DNA of 64,000 bases from positions 6,901,954 through 6,965,953 of the forward strand of contig NZ_CP063458.1 of the NCBI RefSeq assembly GCF_015169395.1, given 5' to 3'. Numbering within the stretch: the first letter of the stretch is position 1; each line of letters opens with the position of its first letter. The notes under the pieces are model-generated. The model ran no database searches. It was given only the letters and a program-made list of their open reading frames with translations, and was not told where the DNA came from. Source of the DNA: Humisphaera borealis (GTDB lineage Bacteria > Planctomycetota > Phycisphaerae > Tepidisphaerales > Tepidisphaeraceae). The position numbers and the translations under genes are program-made. Of the stretch, positions 49,786 through 59,482 are shown piece after piece.

Positions 49786-52461
49786 ATGAATCAGTCGTTC
49801 TGGAAGAAAGCTGTCCGCTTGTCTCGTTTGCAAACGACCGAGGCGGGCGGGTCGAATCACACTCAGGGTGTTTCCCTCACGCGCGCCCGCGTGGAACGGC
49901 TGGAAGACCGCCGACACTTTTCCGCCGGCCCCGGTTCCTCCGGGACGTCTGCCGGGTTGGCCCCGCTCGCCGCGCAGACCCTGGCACTGGGCACTCCGAG
50001 CATTGCATCGGTAACGCCCGCCAATTCGACGACCGGCGTTTCCGTGGATGCTTTCATCTCCACCGAACTGAATATCCCCAACAGCGGCGTCGACACGGCT
50101 TCGCTGACCCCCAATACCGTCTATCTCGAACGCGTCAGCGACGGTGTTCGCATCGCTTCGGTCCTGAACACCTCAGGCGGCGGTGACGTCATCGTGCTGC
50201 GGCCGGAACTGCCGCTCGATCCCAGCACCGCTTACAAATTTGTCGTCACGTCGGGCGTCCGGGATCTCAATGGCGTCGGGTTCTCCCCGTTCCAGAGCAC
50301 CTTCACGACCGGCGTTCCGCCGACGGACACGGCCTCGCCCATTGCCTTCGAGCAGGTCGAGCTTCCGACGACCAAAGGGCACCAGTTCTCGTCGGTCGTC
50401 GTCTGGGGCAGTTGGGTCACCGCCGGTACGCTGACGGGCGAGATCTATCGCTTCCCGTTGAAGGCCGATGGCACGCTCGGCACGCCGACGGTCATCAACA
50501 CGATCATTGACCACAACGGCGGGCCACGGTTCATCGTCGGCCTGGCGTTTGACCCGGCGTCCTCGGCGACGAACCAGATCATCTGGGTGTCGCACACGGC
50601 GACCTCGGGCCTTCAGGTCGGCGGTGCCCCGGGTGAAGACTTCACCGGCACCATCTCCGTCCTGTCGGGTCCAAACCTGGAGAACATCCAGGACAAGGTG
50701 GTCCACCTGCCACGGTCGGTCCGCGATCACCTGACGAATCAGATTTCGTTCGGCCCTGACCGAAAGCTCTATTTCACTCAGTCTGCCAATACGGCGATGG
50801 GCGCGCCCGACGTCGCGTGGGGCAATCGCCCGGAACGCCTGCTGAGCGCAACGATTCTTCAGCTGGATGTCAGCAAGATTGGCACAACACCACTTGACGT
50901 CCACACTGAAGACGCCGACCCCTACGATCCTTTCGCGGCCGACGCACCGCTGAAGATTTACGCCTACGGCGTTCGCAACGCGTACGACCTGGTCTTCCTC
51001 GACGGCAAGATGTACGCCCCGACGAACGGATCAGCCGCCGGCGGGGCGACCCCGGAAGGACCGGGCATCCCCGGTATTCCCAAGGTGACCACCGCCGAGA
51101 CCGACGCGCTTTACCTGGTTCAGCCGGGCAAGTACTACGGCCATCCCAACCCGCTGCACAACAAGTTCGTTCTCAACGGCGGCAATCCGACGAGCGGCAA
51201 AGACCCGTTCGAAGTCAAGCAATACCCTGTCGGAACCAAGCCGGAGTCGGACTGGCAGAAGCCGATCTACGATTTCGGTCAGCACCAGTCCCCCAATGGC
51301 TCGATTGCGTACCACAATTCTTCGACGTTCGGTGGTGCGCTCAAGGGGAAGATGCTGGTGGCGCGCTACAGCGGCGGCGACGACATCATCGTGCTGACGA
51401 TGGGCGCCGATGGGAAAGTGAGTAAGGCCGAAGAGGGGTTGCAGGGTCTTGCAGGTCTGAACAATCCGGTGGATATCGTCGAGCACTGGAAGACGGGCAA
51501 CATCTACGTAACGGAGTTCGGGGCCAAGGAATCGGAAGGCAAGATCACGCTGTTGCGTCCGACGACCCCGACGGTTCCGCCGGTGGTCCCACCCGTCGTG
51601 CCGCCGGTGGTGCCACCGGTAGTTCCGCCGACGGTGCCGCCCACGGTTCCCCCGGTCGTCTCTCCGCCTCCGCCGCCCCCTCCGGTATCGCCGCCGCCGC
51701 CTCCGCCGCCGACCGGCCCGCTGGCTGACTTGGCGACGGAAGTCACCAAGGTCGTCCTTCCCGCGAACGTTCCTTTTGGCACGGCGGTGAAGGGCACACT
51801 CCAGTTCCGCGTGTCCAACATCGGCGACAATTCGTTGACGGGTCTGATCCCGATCTCTGTCCGCCTCACGGCCGACACCACCACCGACACCGGCGACACC
51901 GAAGTGGTCCGCTTCTTCAGGTCGCTCAACCTCAAGGCCGGCCAGAGCAAGATCGTCAAGCTCAAGATCACCGAGTTGCCGGCGGTCGCCGACGGCAGCT
52001 ACCACCTTGGCGTGATGCTCGACCCGGAAAGCGCGTTGTCGGAGAAGTCGGAAACCAACAACACCGCCGTCACGACCGAGGTCTTCAATGTCGCAACGCC
52101 GAGCGTGGATCTTTCCGGCCAGTTCGTCACCACCCCGACGAAACTGGTGATCGGTAAGAAGGGCACGGCGAAATTGACCGTTTCCAACAACGGCAACGTG
52201 CCCGCGGTGGGTTCGATTATCGTGCAGGTCGTCGCGTCGGCCGACGGAACATCCGGCGCCGGCGATGTCGGACTCGGTGCGGTCCCGCTGAAGCTGAATC
52301 TGAAGCCCGGTGCATCCAAGGTGGCGACCCTCAAGCTCCTTCTTCCGCCGACGCTCGCGCCGGGAACCTACTTCATCATCGCATCCCTCGACTCGACCGG
52401 TGTCATCACCGAGTCGAACGAAGGCAACAATGCCGCGGTGACATCGCCCCTGGCACTGTAG
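49786..52461 (+). CDS. giant extracellular protein, paralog 1: Ig-like (Big_5/SbsA-like) + glucose/sorbosone-dehydrogenase-like beta-propeller + [T/V]VPP repeat linker + 2x CARDB
   Basis: CAGGAAG RBS then ATG (MNQSFWKK...). N-terminal RLEDRRHFSAG motif. GSDH-like blocks (HLPRSVRDHLTNQISFGPDRKLYF, YAYGVRNAYDLVF, YGHPNP). Linker TVPPVVPPVVPP...SPPPPPPP. Two C-terminal CARDB-like domains (DLATEVTKVVLPANV..., VDLSGQFVTTP...NNGN...). Confidence 0.8.
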   Translation: MNQSFWKKAVRLSRLQTTEAGGSNHTQGVSLTRARVERLEDRRHFSAGPGSSGTSAGLAPLAAQTLALGTPSIASVTPANSTTGVSVDAFISTELNIPNSGVDTASLTPNTVYLERVSDGVRIASVLNTSGGGDVIVLRPELPLDPSTAYKFVVTSGVRDLNGVGFSPFQSTFTTGVPPTDTASPIAFEQVELPTTKGHQFSSVVVWGSWVTAGTLTGEIYRFPLKADGTLGTPTVINTIIDHNGGPRFIVGLAFDPASSATNQIIWVSHTATSGLQVGGAPGEDFTGTISVLSGPNLENIQDKVVHLPRSVRDHLTNQISFGPDRKLYFTQSANTAMGAPDVAWGNRPERLLSATILQLDVSKIGTTPLDVHTEDADPYDPFAADAPLKIYAYGVRNAYDLVFLDGKMYAPTNGSAAGGATPEGPGIPGIPKVTTAETDALYLVQPGKYYGHPNPLHNKFVLNGGNPTSGKDPFEVKQYPVGTKPESDWQKPIYDFGQHQSPNGSIAYHNSSTFGGALKGKMLVARYSGGDDIIVLTMGADGKVSKAEEGLQGLAGLNNPVDIVEHWKTGNIYVTEFGAKESEGKITLLRPTTPTVPPVVPPVVPPVVPPVVPPTVPPTVPPVVSPPPPPPPVSPPPPPPPTGPLADLATEVTKVVLPANVPFGTAVKGTLQFRVSNIGDNSLTGLIPISVRLTADTTTDTGDTEVVRFFRSLNLKAGQSKIVKLKITELPAVADGSYHLGVMLDPESALSEKSETNNTAVTTEVFNVATPSVDLSGQFVTTPTKLVIGKKGTAKLTVSNNGNVPAVGSIIVQVVASADGTSGAGDVGLGAVPLKLNLKPGASKVATLKLLLPPTLAPGTYFIIASLDSTGVITESNEGNNAAVTSPLAL
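51563..51715 (+). repeat. 12-bp tandem repeat encoding [T/V]VPP x7 plus 2x SPPPPPPP (paralog 1 linker)
   Basis: ccg-gtg-gtc-cca-type units visible in the sequence; translated TVPPVVPPVVPPVVPPVVPPTVPPTVPPVVSPPPPPPPVSPPPPPPP. Confidence 0.85.
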
Positions 52462-52514
52462 AGCGACCGGTTCGCCGACCAGCGTCGGCGGCTTTGGCGA
52501 ACAGCTTTTCGACT

Positions 52515-52570
52515 GACGCTCACTCCTGATTACGTCCCTCGCGGGACGCCGGGGCTGAGCGTCTTTCGTT
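52515..52570 (+). terminator. rho-independent terminator after paralog 1
   Basis: GACGCTCA...(inner CGTCCCTCGCGGGACG hairpin)...TGAGCGTC followed by TTTCGTT. Confidence 0.6.
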
Positions 52571-52654
52571 GGTGGCAGCTAACACTTGCCGGCTGTGCCC
52601 TGTCGCCACGCGGCGACTTTCTTTTCCGAACCGCGTCACTAGACTTCGTCGCAA

Positions 52655-53497
52655 ATGAAGCTTTATCGCACCACACTCGGCCCGATGGTCGAAACCAAGG
52701 GGTCCTGGCACGTCGTCCCCGAACTGGCATGGGACGCGATCTTCGCGTTGCCCGACCCGCGCAAGATTCTCATGGAAGGCGTCGAGGCCCGCGGGGAGAT
52801 CAATCGTCGGCCGGCGCCTTCTGAAACCGATATCCTCGCGCCGATCGGCTCGCAGGAAGTCTGGGCGGCGGGGGTGACCTATCTGCGCAGTCGCGACGCC
52901 CGCAAAGAAGAAGCCAAGAGCGGTGGGGGCGGCGACTTCTACGACAAGGTCTACGACGCCGCCCGGCCGGAGATCTTCTTCAAATCAACCGCGCACCGCA
53001 CCGTCGGTCCCGGGCAGGCCGTCCGCATCCGCAAGGACAGCAAGTGGAACGTTCCCGAACCGGAACTGACGCTGGTGGTCAACCCGGCGGGGAAGATCAT
53101 CGGCTACACCGTCGGCAACGACATGTCGTCGCGCGATATCGAAGGCGAGAACCCGCTCTACCTGCCACAGGCCAAGGTGTACGACGCGAGCTGCGCCCTG
53201 GGCCCCTGCATCTACCTGCCCGAAGACGGCGCTCCGTTGCCGCCACTGACGGAGATCAAGCTGACAATCTCCCGCGGCGGCGTGCAGCAGTTCCTGGGCA
53301 TCACCGCGATCGCCAAGATGAAACGCCGGTTCGATGAACTGGTCGAGTACCTGTACCGCGATAACAGCTTTCCGCAGGGCGTTTTCCTGATGACTGGCAC
53401 GGGGGTCGTTCCGCCGGATGATTTCACGCTGCACAGCGGTGATGAGATTCGTATTGAGATCGGGCCGATCGGCGTGTTGAGGAATGTCGTGGCGTAG
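52655..53497 (+). CDS. fumarylacetoacetate hydrolase (FAH) family protein
   Basis: FAH-fold blocks (KIIGYTVGNDMSSRDIE, EGENPLYLPQAKVYD, GTGVVPPDDFTLHSGDEIRIEIGPIGVLRNVV). Confidence 0.8.
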   Translation: MKLYRTTLGPMVETKGSWHVVPELAWDAIFALPDPRKILMEGVEARGEINRRPAPSETDILAPIGSQEVWAAGVTYLRSRDARKEEAKSGGGGDFYDKVYDAARPEIFFKSTAHRTVGPGQAVRIRKDSKWNVPEPELTLVVNPAGKIIGYTVGNDMSSRDIEGENPLYLPQAKVYDASCALGPCIYLPEDGAPLPPLTEIKLTISRGGVQQFLGITAIAKMKRRFDELVEYLYRDNSFPQGVFLMTGTGVVPPDDFTLHSGDEIRIEIGPIGVLRNVVA

Positions 53498-53590
53498 GGG
53501 CATACGGCGTATGCCCCCGGCCGGCCGGCGCCGATGTCGCCCCTCTTCCCGACAGCACCCATTGCGAAGTCGGGCACACGCCGTGTGCCC
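53497..53590. repeat. twin near-perfect palindromes GGGGCATACGGCGTATGCCCC and GGGCACACGCCGTGTGCCC
   Basis: Two related ~20-bp palindromes 55 bp apart between the FAH and trpF genes. Confidence 0.65.
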
Positions 53591-53603
53591 CTACAAGGAC
53601 ACC

Positions 53604-54311
53604 TTGAACTCCACACCGAATCACCACACTCGCGTCAAGATCTGCGGCGTCCGCCATCCGGAAGACGCGGCCTACGCCGCACGCTCGGGGGCTGACGCCA
53701 TTGGCGTTATCTGCTACCCGAAGGCGTCGCGGTACGTCGCGCAGGAAGAGGCACGGCTGATCGTGCAGACGGCGCCACCGTTCGTGACGCCGGTGGCATT
53801 ATTCGTGGACTCAACGCCTGGCGAGATCGCCGCCGTCGTCTCGGCGATCGGGGCGACGTGCGTTCAGCTTCACGGCCACGAATCGCCGGACGTGGTCCGG
53901 AAGGTCAACCTGCCGGTGCTCAAGGCGATCCGCGTGGATCGCACGACGTTCGAGGCCGAGCTCGGCACCTGGCGGAAGGCTATCGCCGAGGGCGGGCTGG
54001 AACATCTGCAGGGATTGGTTCTGGAAACCGCCGCGGGAACCGGAGAGGCCGGCGTCGGCGGGACGGGATTGGCCAACGACTGGACGTTCGTCCGCCAGGT
54101 CGCCGCCAAGGGAGAGTTTGCCGGCTTGCCGCCGATCATTGCAGCCGGAGGTCTCACGCCCGAGACGGTGGGCGAGGTGATCCAGTCGGTTCGACCCTGG
54201 GCGGTGGACGTCAGCAGCGGCGTCGAAGTGGTGAAGGCCCGGAAATCACCGAAGCTGATCAAGGCGTTCATCGCGGCGGTGCGGCAGGCCGATCTGTCGA
54301 AAGCTGTGTGA
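53604..54311 (+). CDS. trpF: phosphoribosylanthranilate isomerase
   Basis: VKICGVRHPEDAAYAARSGADAIGVI...VQLHGHESP...PPIIAAGGLTPETV matches TrpF. No in-frame ATG near the conserved start; TTG at 53604 assumed, so the start is uncertain. The track ORF upstream of this overlaps two palindromes. Confidence 0.7.
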   Translation: MNSTPNHHTRVKICGVRHPEDAAYAARSGADAIGVICYPKASRYVAQEEARLIVQTAPPFVTPVALFVDSTPGEIAAVVSAIGATCVQLHGHESPDVVRKVNLPVLKAIRVDRTTFEAELGTWRKAIAEGGLEHLQGLVLETAAGTGEAGVGGTGLANDWTFVRQVAAKGEFAGLPPIIAAGGLTPETVGEVIQSVRPWAVDVSSGVEVVKARKSPKLIKAFIAAVRQADLSKAV

Positions 54312-54332
54312 AACGATTGCATTAAACGCGAT

Positions 54333-54409
54333 GGGGAACGCCGAGCTCCAGCCCGGCTCATCAGTCTCCGCAAGTCCGGTAAGGAGCCGAGCCGGAGCTC
54401 GGCGTTCCC
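54333..54409. repeat. hairpin element after trpF (26-bp arms GGGGAACGCCGAGCTCCAGCCCGGCTC / GAGCCGAGCCGGAGCTCGGCGTTCCC)
   Basis: Imperfect inverted repeat read by eye. Confidence 0.6.
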
Positions 54410-54628
54410 AGGGGTGCACCTCACTTCAGGCTTTCCACCGCACATCACAGCACGCGAGTTTTCGCCGCGCGTTGCTCCTCCGGCGTTCTCTCTGGCGCTT
54501 CTTTTGAGTTGCGACCCGGTAGCCCTGATAAGGGCCAGCCCGTTCCGGGCAGATGGGCGCTTCGGCCGAACCGACTACTGTTTGCGTGTCGCGTTCGGGG
54601 TCCCCCGAAGTTCGTACCGAGAGCAGCC

Positions 54629-56248
54629 ATGTTTGAAACCCTCGAAGACCGCCGTCTCTTCAGCGTCTACGACTTCACCAACGTGGGCACCCTGGTGCTG
54701 GCACCGGTCAGCCCGCCGGTGATCGTCACCGGGCCGACGGTGGTGAATCCAGCTCCGCCGACGGTGCTCGCCCCTGAAGGCGACCCGAACATGGAGGTCC
54801 GCAACTCGATCAAGCTGGTCGGCCAGACGTTGTACATCACCGGTACGTCCGCCCCCGACTCCTTTCAGGTCAACCCAGCCGGGGCGAGCCTGATCGTACG
54901 GCGCGGCTCGATCGAATCGTTCCCGTTCCCCGCTGCCCAGGTGAAGAACATCATCATGGTCGGCTACGAAGGTGCTGACGTCCTGTTCGTCGATCCCGCG
55001 ACGAATGTCCCCGCGACCGTGCTCGGCGGCGCGGGCGACGATCACGTCTTTGGCGGCGCGGCGGCCGACTACCTCGAAGGCGGCACCGGCAACGACACCA
55101 TCAAGGGTGCCAGCGGCAACGATGTCATCAACGGCGGCGACGGCAGCGACAAACTCTTCGGCGAAGCCGGCGACGACACCCTTCGCGGCTGGGCCGGCGA
55201 TGACACGATCGACGGCGGTGCCGGCCGCGACACCCTCTACGGCGCCGACGGCAACGACCAGCTCTTTGGCGGTCTCGACGACGACACCATCTACGGCGGC
55301 AACGGCGACGACACCCTCGTGTCGGTCTTCGGCGGCATCGACAAGGTCAACGGCGACCAGGGCTGGGACATCTTCGTCGCCGACAAGAAGGACGTCCTGA
55401 CCGACATGGACAACCTCGCCAACACCCGCAAGAGCGTTTACCGCATCGACAAGTTCTCCAACCCGACCAGCGGCAGCACCTACGCCACCGAACTGGGCAC
55501 CACCAACATCACCGATCCCGCTCTGACGTTCAGAGCCACGAAGTACCAGAACTTCGGCCACATCCCGATCTTCACGGCGTCGGGTCCGAACATCGGCGAC
55601 GTGCAGCAGAACCAGCTCAACGACTGCTGGCTCGCCACCACCGCCGGCAGCGTGGCCCGCTCCAGCCCCTGGGCGATCAAGCGGACCGTCGTTCCCCTGG
55701 GCGACGGCACCGTGATGGTCGCCCTCGGCGGGGGCTGCTACCGCGTGGACGCCGATCTCCCGACCGATGCCAACGGCAAGCCGATCTACGGTTCGATCGC
55801 CGGCCGCAAGGGTGACAGCCTCTGGTTCGGCCTGCTGGAGAAGGGGATGGCGTATCACATGAATTCGGGCAGCGGTTACAGCTACGGCGACGTCGAATCC
55901 GATACGCCGGGCGTCGCCTACGACGCGCTGCGGATTGGCTACGACCGCTCGACCCTGGTGCCGTTCGGTACGGACGAATCATTGATGTGGGACAAGATCA
56001 ACAGCAATGTCAGCTTGCGGGCGATCACCATCACCACCGAGCCGGCATCGCTCGGCGTGAACAGCGCCCTTCGCCCGTCGCACGCCTACTCGGTCGTCGG
56101 CACGTTCCGCCAGGGCAATGGGACGACGATGGTGATCCTGCGGAATCCGACCGACAAGAACGGCATGAATAGCGGCACCGACGGCATGGTGACGGTATCG
56201 GCGAGCACGCTCTATTCGTCGTGCCTCTTGTTGTACATCTCGAAGTAG
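54629..56248 (+). CDS. secreted RTX-repeat protein with C-terminal calpain-like (peptidase C2) cysteine protease domain
   Basis: N-terminal TLEDRRLFSVYDF motif. About 10 hemolysin-type Ca-binding nonapeptides (GGAGDDHVFGGAAADYLEGGTGNDTIKGASGNDVINGGDGSDKLFGEAGDDTL...). Catalytic-Cys block QNQLNDCWLATTAGS, His block PSHAYSVVG, followed by Asn-containing region. Confidence 0.75.
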   Translation: MFETLEDRRLFSVYDFTNVGTLVLAPVSPPVIVTGPTVVNPAPPTVLAPEGDPNMEVRNSIKLVGQTLYITGTSAPDSFQVNPAGASLIVRRGSIESFPFPAAQVKNIIMVGYEGADVLFVDPATNVPATVLGGAGDDHVFGGAAADYLEGGTGNDTIKGASGNDVINGGDGSDKLFGEAGDDTLRGWAGDDTIDGGAGRDTLYGADGNDQLFGGLDDDTIYGGNGDDTLVSVFGGIDKVNGDQGWDIFVADKKDVLTDMDNLANTRKSVYRIDKFSNPTSGSTYATELGTTNITDPALTFRATKYQNFGHIPIFTASGPNIGDVQQNQLNDCWLATTAGSVARSSPWAIKRTVVPLGDGTVMVALGGGCYRVDADLPTDANGKPIYGSIAGRKGDSLWFGLLEKGMAYHMNSGSGYSYGDVESDTPGVAYDALRIGYDRSTLVPFGTDESLMWDKINSNVSLRAITITTEPASLGVNSALRPSHAYSVVGTFRQGNGTTMVILRNPTDKNGMNSGTDGMVTVSASTLYSSCLLLYISK

Positions 56249-56277
56249 GCTTTCAGCCGGCAGGCCGGAACCCTGTG

Positions 56278-56805
56278 TCACGTCGGCGACTTTGGCGTGA
56301 GCTCACCCAGCAATGACTGCAGGTCCAGCCGCCGGGTGAACATCGCCAGTTCGCCGGCGGCATTTCGCGGCCAGACGTCGGGCGGGCGATCCCAATACAG
56401 TTCAACGCCGTTGTCATCCGGATCGTGCAGGTAGAGGGCTTCGCTGACGCCGTGATCGCTGGCGCCGTCGAGTTGAATTTTCGCGTCGATCAACCGTCGC
56501 AGGGCATCGGCAAGTGCCGGTCGAGTCGGGTAGAGGATGGCCAGGTGAAACAACCCGGTCGTGCCCGGAGGCGGGGGCGAACCGCCCAGGCTTTCCCAGG
56601 TGTTGAGTGCGATATGGTGGTGATACCCGCCCGCCGAAAGAAACGCCGCCTGATGTCCCATTCGCTGCGTCACTTCAAACCCGAGGACACCACGGTAAAA
56701 CCCGAGCGACCGCTCGAGGTCGGCGACCTTGAGGTGCACGTGACCAATGCGAGTGCCGGGGTGGATGGATTGAGGTGGGGAACTCGGATGAGTCAAAGTG
56801 TTCAT
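56278..56805 (-). CDS. VOC-family (glyoxalase/bleomycin-resistance/extradiol dioxygenase fold) protein
   Basis: Two betaalphabetabetabeta modules (IGHVHLKVADLERSLGFYRGVLGFEV, YHHHIALNTWE, LFHLAILYP). Confidence 0.7.
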   Translation of the reverse strand: MNTLTHPSSPPQSIHPGTRIGHVHLKVADLERSLGFYRGVLGFEVTQRMGHQAAFLSAGGYHHHIALNTWESLGGSPPPPGTTGLFHLAILYPTRPALADALRRLIDAKIQLDGASDHGVSEALYLHDPDDNGVELYWDRPPDVWPRNAAGELAMFTRRLDLQSLLGELTPKSPT

Positions 56806-56832
56806 GGTTGCGCTTGCAGGTTCACGGGACTC

Positions 56833-56920
56833 GTTAGCCGCGACGCGCAGCGGAGCGTGTCTACGGCGCGGGGAACACGTTCGAGCCTTACGAAACGCTC
56901 CGCCCCGCGTCGCGGCTAAC
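56833..56920. repeat. hairpin element between VOC and FAD-oxidoreductase genes
   Basis: GTTAGCCGCGACGCGCAGCGGAGCGT ... ACGCTCCGCCCCGCGTCGCGGCTAAC. Confidence 0.6.
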
Positions 56921-56926
56921 CCACTG

Positions 56927-59029
56927 CTACTTCTTCTCCACCCACTGCACCGCGTCCGCGATGACGTATCCCGTCGCGCCTTCGTTGCTGACGACGACCG
57001 TCGCGGGCTTGTCGGTGGAGAACTCGAACACGCCCAGCGAGATGAACGCGCCCTCGATCGGTGCCGCCTTAGTCTGATCGACCTTCACCTTCTCAATGCC
57101 GCCGGCGTGGTGGATCTCGACCGTTGCGTTTGTCGCCCGGTTGGGGTTGACGCTGTACGACAGCCGTACCTCATACTTGCCGGCGGCGGGGAGCCTGGCC
57201 TCATAGCGGGCGGTCGCCGGCTCGCCTTTCCTGGCGGCGCGGTAGCCGTCGCCGACATAGTTGGGCTGGCTCGATCCGATCTGCCATTCGCCGGTGGTCT
57301 TCGCCTGTTCGTCGTCGACGACGACGCCGGGCAGGGCACGAAACTCCAGGCCCTTCTTCACGCCTCCGGCCTTCTGTGGGCCGGTGTACTCCAGGACCTG
57401 TCCGTCCTTCAGCAGCTTCTCGCGCAGCTTGGCGTATGGCACATCCTGCACGGCGATGTCGGCGTCGATCGCCATCGCGGCGGCGGTCGCCGACGATTCG
57501 CCGAGGATCATGAACACCGGTTCCATGCGGATCGAACCGAACGCGATGTGCGAGCTGCTGACACAGACCGGCACGAACAGGTTGTTCGCCTGCCCCTTCT
57601 TCGGCACGAGTGCTCCGTAGGCGATCTCGTACGGCCCCTTCAGGCCGACGCCGATGTCGCCTTCGTTCTGCACGTGGCCTTCCGGCGTGACGTACCGCTG
57701 GATGTTGTGCGAGTCGATCGTGTAGCTGCCCATGCCGACTGAATCGGGCGTCGGGCGGCGCTTGAGCAACTCGTTCTCGGTCATCACGTAGCTGCCGATC
57801 ATGCGGCGAGCCTCGCGGACATAGATTTGGTGCGACCAGCCGCCGTTATCGACGAACTCATCTTTCGGCAGGCCCCACTTCTGCATCGCTTCCTGGACGT
57901 CCTTGGGCACGCGCGGGTCGTTGGCGATGAAGTAGAGCCAGCCCTTCTGATAGGTCTCATGTTCTTTCAGGATTTCCTTCCGGCGCTCGTAGCTGGCGTC
58001 GGGGTAGTCGTAGTTCATGCCGATGTTGTCGGTGCTGAACGGGCCGTGGTTATTGGTGTCGGTCTTGTGATTGGGGATCGGGTCGAACTTGTTGAAGGTC
58101 TGCCGCCAGCCCTTCTCAAAAACGCGCAGGAGCAGTTCGTACTGTTTGGGGTCATAGCCGTCGGGCTTGGGGAAGGGGATGCGGTTTTCTTCCTTGTCGG
58201 TCAGGCACATGCGGTAGCAGTAGGCCTGGACCTTCTTGTCGCCGGAGCCGTATTCGCCGGGCTTCTCGGCGGTGATGCGCGGCAGCAGGCCGCTCTTGGG
58301 GTCGCCGGGGATGACGTAGGGGCTGATGTTCATCGTGCCGAAATGATGCTGGTGGTGCAGGATGCCCACCTGCACGCCGTTCCACTTCTCGTCGTAGATG
58401 CTGTTAGCCTCGCGGCCGACGTGGTAGTCCACGCCCGCTGCGGCCATCAGGTCGCCTTCGTAGGTGGCGTCGATGAACATCTTGCCGGTGTAGGTCTTAC
58501 CGCTGAGGGTGGTGATGGAAGTGATCTGGGCGCCGTCCTTCTTCACGCCTTTCGCCCGGTCGAGCAACTCATCGCGAACGACGGGGATCTGATGTTCCTT
58601 AACGAAGTCTTCGAACACTCTTTCGGCGGCGTGGGGTTCGAAGATCCACATCGTGCGGTTCTCGCCGTCGATGGCCGGCGTGCCCTGGCCCTTGTTGCCG
58701 TACTCTTCCTTCTTCTGCCACTTCCAGGCGGCGTCTTCGTTGTAGTGCTTCCAGATACGCTGATAGAACTCGCGCGACAGCCCGCCGATGACGGCCTTGT
58801 TACCGGTGTCGGTAAAGCCGAGCCCGCCGGAGGAAAGGCCGCCGAGGTGCTTGTCGGGGGAGACGACGATGACCGTCTTGCCCATTTTCTTCGTCTGCAC
58901 GGCGGCCGTGACAGCGGCGCAGGTGCCGCCGTAGATGACGACGTCATGAGCGCCCTCGGCAGGTGTTGCTGCATTGACAGGCGTCGAACAGCCGGCCAGC
59001 AGGACGGCCAGCAGAAGTACTGAGCGCAT
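56927..59029 (-). CDS. FAD-dependent oxidoreductase family protein (FAD_oxidored, PF12831-like), secreted/lipoprotein
   Basis: Signal peptide with LLAGCS lipobox. FAD fold VVIYGGTCAAVTAAVQTKKMGKTVIVVSP...GGLSSGGLG. 700 aa. Confidence 0.7.
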   Translation of the reverse strand: MRSVLLLAVLLAGCSTPVNAATPAEGAHDVVIYGGTCAAVTAAVQTKKMGKTVIVVSPDKHLGGLSSGGLGFTDTGNKAVIGGLSREFYQRIWKHYNEDAAWKWQKKEEYGNKGQGTPAIDGENRTMWIFEPHAAERVFEDFVKEHQIPVVRDELLDRAKGVKKDGAQITSITTLSGKTYTGKMFIDATYEGDLMAAAGVDYHVGREANSIYDEKWNGVQVGILHHQHHFGTMNISPYVIPGDPKSGLLPRITAEKPGEYGSGDKKVQAYCYRMCLTDKEENRIPFPKPDGYDPKQYELLLRVFEKGWRQTFNKFDPIPNHKTDTNNHGPFSTDNIGMNYDYPDASYERRKEILKEHETYQKGWLYFIANDPRVPKDVQEAMQKWGLPKDEFVDNGGWSHQIYVREARRMIGSYVMTENELLKRRPTPDSVGMGSYTIDSHNIQRYVTPEGHVQNEGDIGVGLKGPYEIAYGALVPKKGQANNLFVPVCVSSSHIAFGSIRMEPVFMILGESSATAAAMAIDADIAVQDVPYAKLREKLLKDGQVLEYTGPQKAGGVKKGLEFRALPGVVVDDEQAKTTGEWQIGSSQPNYVGDGYRAARKGEPATARYEARLPAAGKYEVRLSYSVNPNRATNATVEIHHAGGIEKVKVDQTKAAPIEGAFISLGVFEFSTDKPATVVVSNEGATGYVIADAVQWVEKK

Positions 59030-59482
59030 AAGACCTCCAGAGGAAGCGAATCAAGGACATCGAACCACGCACGTCGGACCAAGACCCCGCCGCCGATACG
59101 TTCCGCCAGATCCCAGGCGGCGAGGCTCGACAGTCTGGTGGAGTGGGGCGGAAGATTCAATCGCAAACCCCGGTCATGCAAGCTGGGACACTGACTGCAC
59201 GGGCCGTCGGTCGGCCACAGGCGTACCAGCTTTGGAGGTCTTCTGGAGCCTTGCAGTGCCAGTTGCGTGAATCAGACAACGCTCGATTGGGCACGCGAGC
59301 AAAATTCTAGGAAATCCATTGCAGCGGCCTCTGCTGCGGACTAGATTCTCGCCCGGACGTCGGGCTGTAGTGACAAGCAGTCGCTTGTCGGCGGCGTCTC
59401 ATGACGAGCAACTCAAGGACGAGCGTCTGACGTTCCATCCACTGCCGAGCAGTGGATGCGATTGTGATCGTGAGGCACAAGG

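Noticed and set aside
54575-55858. 427-aa minus-strand ORF
   Set aside because: Antisense to the RTX region. Gly/Asp-rich mirror of GGxGxD repeats.
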